From Octopus bimaculoides (Eukaryota), in the NCBI RefSeq assembly GCF_001194135.2, contig NC_068982.1, forward strand, positions 85,977,764 through 86,041,763: 64,000 nt of DNA, given 5' to 3'. Position 1 is the first letter of the stretch. Every line of letters begins with the position of its first letter. Below, one piece after another: positions 40,125-51,914 of the stretch. The translations under genes were made by a program, and so were the position numbers. A model generated the notes under the pieces. The model was not told where the DNA came from and searched no databases. It saw only the letters and a list, made by a program, of their open reading frames with translations.

Positions 40125-41760
40125 GGATCTCTTCAGTTTCGCTCACTGATTTTTAAATTATATCTTTTAACTGAATAGTTTGAAACTTCGTATACTGGTG
40201 TAATTTCTCACACTTAGCATGGTTTACCTTCAGCAATTTTGACATAATTTCGTATTTTAGAAGTTATTTTGTGTTAAAGTTGTGTTTGGGTAATTTTAAC
40301 AAACCAACGTGTGTTCAGCTGAAGAAAGCTAGTAATTGAAGAGCAACAACTTCCAGGTCGTTTCTACTAAATGTCACCACTCTGTTCTATTTTATTTTTA
40401 TTTACTGTCTGTGTTGCATATTACATGCTTTGCTTCCTTTTTTTATTTTGCTTTTTGATCACCTCTTTGTATGAATGGTGAAAATGCAAATGTACAAAGA
40501 GGCGATTGAAAAGCAAACAAAGCATGTAATATGCAACACAGGAAGTAAGCAAAAATAAAATACAACAGATTGGTGAAAATAATCACAAAATTAACACAGG
40601 CAAATGTACAAAGAGGCAATCGAAAAGCAAAAAAAGGGCATGTAATATGCAACACAGACAGTAAACAAAAATAAAATAAAACAGAGTGGTGACATTTAAT
40701 AGAGATGACCCAGAATTTGTTGCTCTTCGATTACTATCGCAAACAGCAGTAGCTTTCTTCAGCTGAATACACATTGTTGTTTTGGTTAAAATTACCCAAA
40801 TTTGACAATTTTAATATGAAACTAGCACTATAGCCCAGCTTTGCTCGGGATTAAGTTAGGATTACCTGAGTAATACCATCAATTGAGGCAAATTTGGCAC
40901 CCGGACATAAGTTTTGTAAGAGGAATAGAGAGGCCTATCTTCTCCCGCAGAGATGTGAGAGTCAGATCTCTCCTTTCGAAAACATGAACAGTTTTGTAAC
41001 ATTGTTTACAAAATAATAGCTGATTGTTTGTGAAAGAGCATGTCTACAGTCAACACTTATGATTTTTGCTCTGGTAACTTCTGCTCTCTTCCATGTTCAT
41101 GCACGACCAAGCTATATGTCGCTATGAGTAGAGCAACGGATTCAGCAAATTTGGAAATTAGTTGTGGAGAAACGGAGAATNNNNNNNNNNACACGTACGT
41201 ACACCTATTGCATACATGTTCGTGTGTGTGTGTGACTGAAGCCATTCACACATACATACATAACAACTCCTGTCTGTCTGTTTTTGTCTGTCAATCACTC
41301 ACTAAAAAGATGAAATTTTAAAAATCTGTTATCTCTCTCTCTCTCTCTGTCTTTACACCGTCACTAGAAGGGGACTTAATTCATGTTTGCAAATGCTGGT
41401 GTATTTCTCCAACTTGAAAATTGTTAGAAGTTATGGTTTAAAATTATTTTTAATGCAAAAATTCACCCCTTAGGAAGCAAAAAATAAAAAAATAAATGGC
41501 TGATTCCAGGCATTTTCGACCATAAGGAATCCATTGGTGCGACTCCCAGATTGCTATCATGTAAGGTGTGTATTTCTATAGATGCAACACACATACACAC
41601 AGACACACTCACAAACTCAGCTTTACAATATGTACTGATAACTTCTAAAATATGAAATTTTGTCGAAAATGTTGAAAGTAAACCATGCTCAGCATGAGAA
41701 ATTACACCAGTATACGAAGTTTCAAACTGTTTAGTTAAAAAAATATTTTTTTTTACTAAA
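40125..41760. mobile_element. Foldback-type non-autonomous DNA transposon (long TIRs), interrupted by a Helitron
   Basis: Left arm ~40160-40470 is inverted relative to ~40600-40821 plus 41639-41750 (AGTTTGAAACTTCGTATACTGGTGTAATTTCTCA vs TGAGAAATTACACCAGTATACGAAGTTTCAAACT). Starts GGATCT like the MITE at 48406. Confidence 0.75.
40822..41638 (-). mobile_element. Non-autonomous Helitron with canonical ends
   Basis: Minus strand: A^TC...CCCGAGCAAAGCTGGG hairpin...CTAG^T, no TSD. Excision restores the host TIR (TTAGAAGTTATTTCATAT vs left arm TTAGAAGTTATTTTGTGT). Confidence 0.85.
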
Positions 41761-41789
41761 TATGAAGTATTTACTAAAGAGTAAATCTA

Positions 41790-42496
41790 TTAAATACAAT
41801 TGCCATTGGCATTAACTACCGCCTCCAATGACTTCGGAATCTCCTGCAACTCTTCTGGTTGGTCTCCTTGTTTAAGTTGGTGAATGCTGCCATAATCCTT
41901 ATCTTCAGTACATCTTTGGTTTATAAGGAGTTTAGTTGGTCTCTCGCTCAACTGCACCCCACACATAACAATCAAGTGGGTTGCAGTGTGGGGAGTTAGA
42001 GGTGATGTGGTTGCAGTGTGGGAGATGTTTGGGGTGATGTGGTTGCAGAAATTGTCTGACAGCCATCTGGGTTCTCCTGCTTGTGTGGTATGGTGCAGAG
42101 TCCTGTTGCTAGACATAGGGTCTTCTAGTAGCTACCTTCTTGAACCAGGGTAGCACTACCTCCTCCAGGCTCTTGATGTAGGCCTCTGTGTTGAGTCTGA
42201 GGCTGTGTGGGAAGATAAATAGAAGTATAACATCACCATCACTAGTGATCACTCCAAACACCATGATATTGACTGGATGTTTGATTTTTATCACTCTTGG
42301 TACATGTCCTCAGATTGACACCCAAACACTCTGAAATGTTTGTACTGGAGCTTCCAGCGTGAATGCCAAGCAGTACAGCATGTTATTTCCAAATTCCTAG
42401 CAGAGTGAATTGTGTCATGGTGCTGTTTTTCTCAGACATTGCCCAACTGACCCTACTATCAAAAATATAAAATGGTGACAATTTACACATTGTACC

Positions 42497-42499
<3 letters not shown>
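41790..42499 (-). mobile_element. Tc1/mariner (maT/DD37D-like) relic
   Basis: IKHPVNIMVFGVITSDGDV..FIFPHSLRLNTEAYIKSLEEVVLPW...QDSAPCHTSRRTQ...CNPLDCYVWGAVERET; CAGGGT terminus at 42499. Confidence 0.8.
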
Positions 42500-42553
<54 letters not shown>

Positions 42554-43199
42554 AACACACTTTGTTGCTTAATGTACATACACACACACACATGTTGCTT
42601 TATAGTGAATGTACGAAAAATGTTGTTCAATATATAGTGGAGAAAATATGGGTTTCTTTTAATTGAAACTGAAACTGAGAGTTTGTTTCGCCTGAATAAT
42701 GCAGTGACACGAAACACAAGTCAGAAAAAAACTCTCTGCTACAGTTTCTGGAAAAAAACCACAATATATATGTGTGTGTATGTGTATAAAGAGAGAGAGA
42801 GAGAGTGGTAGTAATGGAGGTCAATACAATTAGTTTTGATATATTTACATGGAGCACAAAAAATACAGGATAAAATACAAAGAAAATATGTAATTTCTTA
42901 AGTCAACAGCTGTTTCAGGAGGTCCAGAGTTATGTAATAATCATAATTATTATTTGCAGATGAAATGTGAAAAAAGTCATGAGTATGTAACCAGTTACAT
43001 GATGATATTAAGAGCAGGAATTTATGTACCCTCCTGTAACAAGGAACTGCATAGGAATTATAAGCATGCTAACCAAAATGATTTTAAGGATATCAATGAC
43101 CTCCACTGTAAGTTGATTATGACCTTGGACTACTTGACCGAGTGGAATCTTATACACCTTGACCCCTCCCCTTCACTCTGAAGAACCATAAGCCTTCAA

Positions 43200-43800
43200 T
43201 GAATCTTCAATTAGGCTTATTTGTCCCACTAAATCTGATTTGGGTCACATTACTAAATGAATTATTGACTGGATTATACACTTAGTGAAGAATAAAGTTA
43301 AGCTTTCCTTTTGGAACAGTACTGGTGATGTCATCACCTGGTTCCACTATCTTTCTAACAAATCTCATGCATACTTTTTTCAGTTTGATATATTGAAAAA
43401 TCATGTTTCCATATCCTCCATTCTACTAAATAAGGCCCTAACTTTTGCTTCTCTCTCTCTCTTGGCTGGATATCAACATTATCTTAGCAGCTAGAAAAAC
43501 ACTTCTGTCTTTTAATAACAAATATTGGTCCTGTAATTCCTCTACAGACCTCTTTGATATTACAATGGATTCCTTGGACTCTGCTTGGGTTACAGACCTG
43601 GTTGGACATTTTCTTCTCTCTCAAATATACAATGCCTACCTAGCCTATCTCAAGGTTTATACAAGGATAATTCTCTCCTCACAGCCACAAATATGTCTTG
43701 GTTGTCTGTTGAATGCACCTAGAAGGTGCTCCACAAGTGTTTTAAAAATTATAATCTATCTCATTCAAAAACAGTAATAAAGTAGCTAACTCCTTAGATG
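43200..43800 (+). mobile_element. Old Penelope-like RT fragment
   Basis: KSDLGHI...WNSTGDVITWF...FFQFDI, homologous to 53480-53660. Confidence 0.6.
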
Positions 43801-45489
43801 CTAATGTCTATTACTCTTACAATAAGTCAGTAGAAAATCCCCTGCAGTCAACACTTGTCCAGCATTCTAGCTGTCCCAGAAATTGAATAATCTTCAACCT
43901 CCCCAGGTTGGCCAGCTCAATGCTACACCAGGTTTTAAAACCTCCAGGGACAGAAAGGAGATCTTATGGCTTGCATCCCCATTTCCTCTTCAATTAAAAT
44001 CTTTACCCAAGCCATTTTTTGAAATCCTAAGATCTGATTTCCCATCACACCATAAATATTACCCCACCTTCAACAAATCTCATACTCTACAACCCCTAAC
44101 TGGGAATCTATGATAGATGCAAACTCAGCTGTGTTGTGGGCTCTATGAACTGCTCATCTGACCCCCACCCTGACCTAGGAGATACTAATGCTATAAGTTT
44201 CAAGAATCCTACCCACTTTAACAATAGTGATACTAGTGCCATTGCCCTTTGTGTAACCATAAACTTGTGACTATAGTAATGCTCTCTCCCATATAATTTT
44301 TAGTATGGATACTAGAAATTATAACACCTTTGGTCCTATGTCAGGGGTAACTGGTTGTGTGAATCAGCATGTGTGGAGATTAAATATAAGCCCACCAATA
44401 GAGGGAAAAACCTGTAATTGTCAGATCTCCCTACTATGTCTGTTAGATGGATTTTGTTTACACTATAATGTGATATATGTTGGGTCCTAACCCCACATTC
44501 CCACCAGGTTTGGGTTTACATTGGTGACACTGTTGATTTCAAGTATTGCTACGAGGCTCACCTGGGCTCATTCTCAAGTAGACCCTCTCAACTATCGACT
44601 TTCCTAGCTACATATATACACCACCTCTAGTCCCAGACATTCCCTATACTTTGTCCTGCTTCGAAGTTTGAGAGGATACTCCACATAATGCTAACCATCA
44701 CGTTTGTAATTTATGTTGTTGGGAATTGCTTGCTATTCTACACCATTTATATGACATATTCTTCTCATGTGAACATAAGTTTTATTTCACATTTTCTCAT
44801 TATGTTAAGTCTTTATTATTTTCCCTAAATGTGGCTGAATCTCCTTACTATCTCCAAACATGTAAGCACCAATTTTCACTCTCCTTGTAGCATGTACTCT
44901 TTCTGGGTTGTTCCATGCAAAATCACTCAAGTGCTGGAGGTGATTGACACTGATTTCTTTCAAACTTTGCATGCTAAATGGCCTTCTTCTGAAACCTTTA
45001 AATGTAATTTTTTTTTTTACTTGACTCCAATATTAGTTGAGTTTATAACCATTTGAAATTTTCAAAAAAGTGACATTTTTTCAGTTACTCAAACTTTGAG
45101 ATATCATATCTCAGCTACTATTGGAGCTAGAAAGGTCAATTTTTGTTTTTCATTTTAAAATATCTAAATAGGTCTACAACTTTTGTTTAGTGAATGTTTT
45201 CCTTACAATAAAAGTAAAAAAGTTGACCTAAAACTTTACCTTTGACCTTTCATAGGTCAAAAGATGTGGTCATTGATTTTTTTGGAACTTTGTCCAAATA
45301 TTGCCCTACCTAGCCACAACTCACATACAAAAATTCATACTGGGATCTCGGTGGGAGATGTAGTTATAAGGTCTTCTAATAACTATGATTCATGTTATAC
45401 AGCCAAATTAAATTACTTAATTCTTAATTTTTTTCAGATTAGATATATATGACCATTTTAGTTAATTCCTAGTTACAGAAGGATCAAAA

Positions 45490-47985
45490 GAAAGATTTTT
45501 TTAGCTAAGCAAGAAAAGTGTTGTGACCCATTTAAAAAGCATAGAGCACCTGTGAAAAGGGGTTTAAGAACAATAACAGCAGATTTTGCAACAAAATATC
45601 CTAAAGCAAGGACAAAAAATATGTGACTTTTGCAGAAAAACTTTGCCCACATTTCAAATTGAACCATCATAGAAGATACGAGAGAGGATACATCAACTAC
45701 CACTGAAGCGACTTCATCAACAGATGTCTTCGTAGAAGAAAATGCAGAATTAGAGATCCTCAACAATGCTCTGTCTGAAATTGGAGAATCTCCAATAAAA
45801 AAAGAAAAACCCAGATAGATATTACCATCATGTACGCTGAGAAAAAAAGAGAAAAAAGTCGAAAAGGCTTTTGCTCAAAAGATGCAAATCATTTCACCTA
45901 GAAGGGAAGTTGATGAACCATCAAAAGAAATTAAAGATCATCACCCTGAAAGTGAAATAATGAAAGAGTTAAAAGAAAAATTCACAACAGAAAAAAGATC
46001 AGAAAAACAGCAAATTTTGACAATTCTGCCAAAAAGCTGGTCTTTCAGAAAAATTCCAAAGGAGTTCAATGTGCCTGTTTACATGGCTAGACTACGAGCA
46101 AGGGATTTTATCACATCCTTGCCATAGAAAAAGCACATTTCCTCAAGAAACTGCCAATTGTGTTTCTCGGTTTTATAAAAATGAAGTAAGCAGAGTTATG
46201 CCAGGAAAAAAGGATTAAAAATCAGTAAAAAATGATGGAAAAAGAGTCCATGAGCAAAAGTACCTCATACTTTGTAACTTAAAGGAAGCTTCCAAATTGT
46301 TTAACCCCTTAGCATTTAAACCGGCCATATGCAGTCTAAATATTCTACCTGTTTTATATGTTCCAACTGGCTAGATCCAGCCTCTCACACCTACCCTACA
46401 GAGTCATTCTAAAAACCAAAAATTTGCACCATTGAAATCTCAAAGTTATGCCATGATTAATTCAGTACAATGTAAATAAATAAGCATCTAACAGAGTAAT
46501 CTGAATGCTAAAGGGTGAAATCAAAAAAGTCTTGAAATCAAAATTAGTTTCCCAAAATTTGCAGAGCTAAGGCCAGAAGAATACATACTTGTAAGTAGTG
46601 CAGGTACACATAATGTATGTATGTGCACCGTTCATCAGAATGTCAAACTAATGATTTCTGGCATGAAACTATCTGATTTAACCAAGGATATGAATTGGTT
46701 GATTACAAACAATGTTTGGAATCAATTACTTGCAATCCAACAACAAATGATTGCTACATAAGCAACTATTGGAATTGTAATTCTTTACTAGAAGAGCTTG
46801 AAAAATTCTTACATGAAATGTTTAATGTGATAACATACAGTATAAGCAATGGTTAACAACAGACAGAACAATACCAGAAAATCAAAATCAACAGATGATT
46901 TTGTTGAAATTTTCTGTCAAAAGCTTAAATCACATAAAGTGCATGAATTCATTGCAAAGAAATAATCTAAATTTTGAACTTGAAGAAAAGAATATTTAAG
47001 TGAAGAAATTTTAGTCATAAATTTTTCAGAGAATTATTCATTCATCTTGCAAGATGTACAAGGATTTCATAAGAACAATGCCCAAGCCACTCTCCATCCA
47101 TTTGTCTGTTATTATAAACAAAACAATGGTGTGACTAACATCAATGTTGTTATTATACCCGACTGTATGAAGTATGATACAGTAGCAGTCTATCTTTTCC
47201 AAAAAGAGCTGATAGATTTTCTTTGGGGCAAAGCCTTTAATATCAACAAAATTATCTATTTTTCTGATGGTGCTGCTTCACAATATAAAACTTGTAAAAA
47301 TTTTATAAATTTATTCAGCCATTCTGTAGATTTCCAAACCAATGCAGAGTGGCTCTTCTTTGCTACTTCTCAAGGCAAGGGACTTTGTGATGGCTTAGGA
47401 GGTACAATTAAATGAATGGCAGCTCGGGCAAGTTTACAACAACCTTTCAATGAACAAATCATGACTCCATGACAACTTTATGATTATGGTCAGCAAAACA
47501 TTCCTGGAATTAATTTTATCTACTCCTCAAATGATGAAATGCAGAATGAGGAAAATCTCTTGAGAGAGAGATTTAGAAATGCAAGGACAATTCCAGGGAT
47601 ACAAAAGTTACATTGCTTTATCCCAAACCCACCTTCAGAAATTAAGGTAAAAATGATATCTACAGTATATAATTATACTAAAATTAGAATCTCCATGTAA
47701 GATGCTATTCAGTTTGAGGATATAAAAGGGTTAGTAGCTGCAATTTATGATGGTGGTTGGTAGTTAGCCTGTGTTCTAGAAACATACCCTGAAACTATGC
47801 AAGTAAAACTCACGTTTCTTGAACCTAAAGGACCCTCATAATCATTTCAGTTTCCTAGAAAATCAGATGTTTTAACAGTGGATTATTTAGATATCTTTTG
47901 TAAATTTGACCCCAGAACTGCTACAGGAAGAACATATAGTTTTATAGAAAAAGAAATGAAAAATGCATCACAATTATTAATTTAA
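45490..47985 (+). pseudogene. Disrupted DDE transposase of the long-TIR element
   Basis: CCDPFKKH, ILTILPKSWS, LILCNLKE, KFAELRP..GTHNVCMCTVHQNVKLM, FSENYSF, YFSDGAASQYK, WLFFATSQGKGLCDGLGGTIK, PRTATGRTY; stops, frameshifts and one MITE insertion. Confidence 0.85.
46305..46515. mobile_element. piggyBac-like MITE inserted in the transposase
   Basis: TTAA^CCCCTTAGCATT ... AATGCTAAAGGG^TGAA (degenerate TTAA TSD); the transposase reading resumes after it (..KLF / EIKISFPKFAELRP). Confidence 0.8.
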
Positions 47986-48405
47986 AGAAAATTGTCTCAT
48001 TAAATTTTGAAGATTTCAGAATTTCATCTAACAAGTACCTAAGCATTTAAAGCAAGGCAAGGGTGGGAGGTTGAGACATGTGGCTTCATCTGCTAAGCTA
48101 TCAGGAGTAGCCCCTTAGGTGATGGGGATGCCAACAATTTGTTTAATGATTCTAAGTGTTGGCAGTGGCATTGCCACCATTGACCATAGCAGAGCTGAAG
48201 AGTAGTGACAGTTAAAGTAGACATTATTACTGAAATAATAAAAATGCATATTTTGATTATCAGCACTTTGTTGTCTCCTTCAAGCTCAAATTGTCTTGCT
48301 TAGTAAGCGATGTTTGATAATTTGTCACTACTTTTCACTATAATTATATTTTTCAAAAATATTTCCCATTGAGATCCCAGTATGAATTTTTTTATGTGAG
48401 TTATA

Positions 48406-49237
48406 GGATCTTTATGGTTTGACGGGCAACACTTGTTTTCTTAACGAAACACTTTCAAACTTGGGATACTGGTAGAATGTGTCATATAAAACATCTTTTT
48501 CTCTTAGCCTTCTTAACAAAAATTACTTCTTAATAAGTTATTTCATGTTAAAATTGTCGTATTTCTGTAATTTCAACCAATCACTGACGTCTATTCAGCT
48601 GAATACAGTTAGTGCTGTTCGGTGTCAAGTGTGTTATTCCCTGTTTAATTATATCATTATTCCCTAGTAAGGGTTTAGGGTTTTAGGGTTAGGGTTCGGG
48701 TTTTAGAGTTAGGGTTAGGGTTTTAGGGTTAGGGTTGGGGTTAGAGTTAGGGTTAGGGTTATGGTTATGAGTTATAGGGTTAAGGTTATGGCAAAAATAA
48801 TCATAACCCTAACCGTAATCCTAAAACTAACCCTAACTCTAAAACCCGAGCCCTAACCCTAAAACCCTAAAGCTAAAACCAGTACAAACGCACGAACGAT
48901 GTCATAAATAACAGTGACAAACGAAATATATACCGCTGATAGTTGTTGTTGACAACGGATAGTTTTTGTTGACAAACAACGGCACTAATTTTATTCAAGG
49001 GAAAAGATCCCCTGACACCGTTGTTTACATTCCACAGCATAATTGTTTTCACCTCAATAGACATCAGTGATTGGTTGAAATTACAGAAATACGACAATTT
49101 TTTACATGAAATAACTTTGAATACAACATTTTTTATCTGTTCTATAACACAAAATATACAAGTATTCGAAGTTTGAAAGTGTTTCGGTACCAAGAACACT
49201 ACATAAAAAAATGTTGCCCGTCAAACCAAAAAGATCC
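48406..49237. mobile_element. 832-bp MITE with 8-bp TSD and head-to-head telomere-like core
   Basis: TIRs GGATCTTT.TGGTTTGACGGGCAACA / TGTTGCCCGTCAAACCA.AAAGATCC; TSD GAGTTATA at 48398-48405 and 49238-49245. GG termini plus an 8-bp TSD fit the Merlin superfamily. Confidence 0.85.
48668..48878. repeat. Inverted telomere-like array (TTAGGG)n - spacer - (CCCTAA)n
   Basis: G-rich tract ~48668-48790, 11-nt spacer GCAAAAATAAT (48791-48801), C-rich tract 48802-48878. Confidence 0.95.
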
Positions 49238-50522
49238 GAGTTATATTTTATGTGAGCAATATTTGGACAAAATTTCAAAAAAGTCAATGACCACATCTTT
49301 TGTCCTATGAAACTTTATTATTTTTATTGTAAGTAAAAAATACACTAAACAAAAGCTGTAGACCTATTTAAATGCTTTAAAATGAAAAAAAAAAAAATGA
49401 GCTTTCTACCTCAAGTAGTAGCTGAGATATAACTTCTCAGTTATTGAGTAACTGAAAAAATGTCACCTTTTTCAAAATTTCAAATGGTCATAACTCAGCA
49501 AATATTGGAGTCAAGTAAAAACTATTTCATATTTAAAGGTCTCATATGAAGGCCATTTAGCATGCAAAGTTTGAAAGAAATCAATTTTAGTCACCTTCAA
49601 TTTTTTAAAAAATGGCATTGATCAACATAACTTTTCTCCAATGCTACTCCAACACCTACTCTTTTAGTTCAATGCTTATCTCTTCCTGCCTCTTTGTCTG
49701 GTCAGTTGACATTCCTAACTGCTTTATGGTCTGCTTAATTTGACCACCCATGATGTTTGCTTTCTCTAAGCTGATTTTAACTTTATTTCACCCCACTCTT
49801 TCCTCTTCTCTGTTTCTTGTATTCTATCCTTCTTCCTTTCTTCTTATGTCCTAGAAGCTCTCCTACCTTTTTCCCTCACCTTTGATCTCTTTCTGCTTCC
49901 TCTCTCCCTTTAACCACATGTTTTAGCTAACACTACTATATGAACCACATTTGCCAATGTTCTGTTGATGAAGGAAGCCAGACACTGTAATAATCCATGT
50001 TACTGGTTACTGATTACACACCAATACATGCACATTTCATCAGCAAATTATGATTATTATTTAACTCTGGTTTTCCTGAAATAGCTGTCAAGTTAAGAAA
50101 TTACATATTTTCTTCATATTTTTATTCTATATTTTTTGTGATCTATGTAGATATATTTATAACTAGGCTAACTGTGTTTATCTCCATTACTACCTCCATA
50201 TCAGCCCAATTTGGATTTGTTTTATAGCTTCTCTTGACATTGCAGGCCTTGCCCTGGATTAAGAATTCAGAGTTTGAGTTAAAATTAATTTGAGCACTAC
50301 TATGTGTTTTCTACACTCCACATGCCTATTTCACCTATTGTCTATGTACAGATTCTGCCAAAAAAAACTTATACACACTTCAGGAAAGGAAAAATCTGTA
50401 TAAATATTTAACTCATATAAGTACCTCTATTAATATAAATATCTCTGTTCTATATTTAATAGATGAGAAATTATGTACATTATTTACATTTGATGGATAT
50501 TTGTCTTGATCTTGTTTGTTGT

Positions 50523-50551
<29 letters not shown>

Positions 50552-50554
<3 letters not shown>

Positions 50555-50628
50555 CTCAGTGCCTGGAATCGAACTTGGAATCCTGGGGTTAGTAGCCTGC
50601 GCTCTTAACTATTATGCTATATGACCTG
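50552..50628 (-). mobile_element. tRNA-like SINE head (not a functional tRNA)
   Basis: A-box-like TAGCATAATAGTTAAG and B-box GTTCGATTCC; the acceptor stem does not pair; flanked by (AAT)n. Confidence 0.6.
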
Positions 50629-50709
50629 AATAATAATAATGATAATAATAATAACAACAACATTGAAAAATATCTTAGGAACGAGAACCCAGGTTCAAAT
50701 TTTCCCCAA

Positions 50710-50755
50710 GACACCTGACGAAGGCTGGAGGGTATATCAGCCGAAATGTTGTGTT
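50710..50755 (+). ncRNA. Degenerate minimal type I hammerhead motif in a PLE-like repeat fragment
   Basis: GACAC-CTGACGA-A-GGCTG..CAGCC-GAAA-TG-TT-GTGTT. Stem III is palindromic only if the TG derives from CG. Confidence 0.45.
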
Positions 50756-51914
50756 AACAACAAACAAGATGAGGACAAATATCTGTCAAATGTAAATAAT
50801 GTAAATAATATAAATATCTCTTTCAATGTTTTATCAAATTACGATCACACTGTTTACTATAGTATGACATTTTCGCAACATGGCTGTAGCATCAAGTGAT
50901 ATCTACAACATAGAGGACATATGATTATCATTTGAGGAATGTAAGATCATTTTAAAGGACTGTAAGATTATTTTAAAGGAACGTTAGATTATTTTAAAGT
51001 GGTATTTCAAATTTGAGAATGTTGTTGAAGTCCTAAGATTTTGGAGCGGTGAGTTTGAAACACAAACTCCAACACATTTGACAATTTCATGGATTCATGT
51101 TCAGTTTGAAGCACATGGTTCTGTGTGTGATGTGCATAAAGGAAAATCCAGCAGACCTTGTATAGCAACAGCTATGGTGTTGGAACTGTTCACACATTTG
51201 CCACAGAAGTCTATCACACAATGTGCATAAGAAACAGAAGCAGTACAAACATATGGTGCATTCTTAAAAGAGATTATTATATGCAATTAATGAAGACAGT
51301 CCGAAATAGAAGAATCCAGTTTTGTGAGTGGTTTCAACACATGGAAGGCAAGGACGAAGAGCTGGTGAGAAAGTTTGTATGGTCTAATGAAACACAATTT
51401 AAGCTACATGGAACAGTGAACCAACATAATTGTGTTTACTGATCATCAGAAAATCCTCACATGCATGTGGACAAAGCAGTCAATGTCTAGTGTAGTGTGT
51501 CATCTAGAGGTTTAACAAGACCATTTTTCTTTGAAGGTACTGTTACTGGTCAGGCATATCGCCACACTACCACCAAAACGTGTGAGCTTATCTCAATGAA
51601 AGTTTGCAAGGACACTGGCTAGGACAAAGAGGCATAGTCGAATTCCCCTCACGTTCTCCCGATTTAACACCTGCAGACTTTTACCTATGGAGGACCCTAA
51701 GGGTTGTTGTATATAACAAAAAACTGACTACATTGACAGAACTAAGACAAGAAATTGAAAATGCATGTACAGCAATCCTAGTTTGCCATACACATAAATG
51801 TTTGGAGGCTAATGACCACCACTTTGAGCAACTCTTGTAATTGAAGAGTCCAAAGGTAACTTGTATTAATCTTGTGAGGTCTGAATGAATTTAGAATTAA
51901 AATATTTATACAAG

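Larger units (their letters stand above)
44905..49628 (+). mobile_element. 4.7-kb DNA transposon with ~450-bp TIRs (Sola-like, probably Sola2; superfamily not verified)
   Basis: 44905-45355 is inverted relative to 48371-48405 plus 49246-49628 (e.g. GATTTCTTTCAAACTTTGCATGCTAAATGGCC / GGCCATTTAGCATGCAAAGTTTGAAAGAAATC), flanking a DDE transposase pseudogene. Confidence 0.8.

Noticed and set aside
48668-48878. Ancestral telomere-telomere chromosome fusion site
   Set aside because: The arrays are short, mirror each other's variant units, and sit inside TIRs with an 8-bp TSD, so a transposon origin explains them.
50552-50628. tRNA gene
   Set aside because: It has A/B boxes but the acceptor stem does not pair and it is flanked by (AAT)n; treated as a SINE head.
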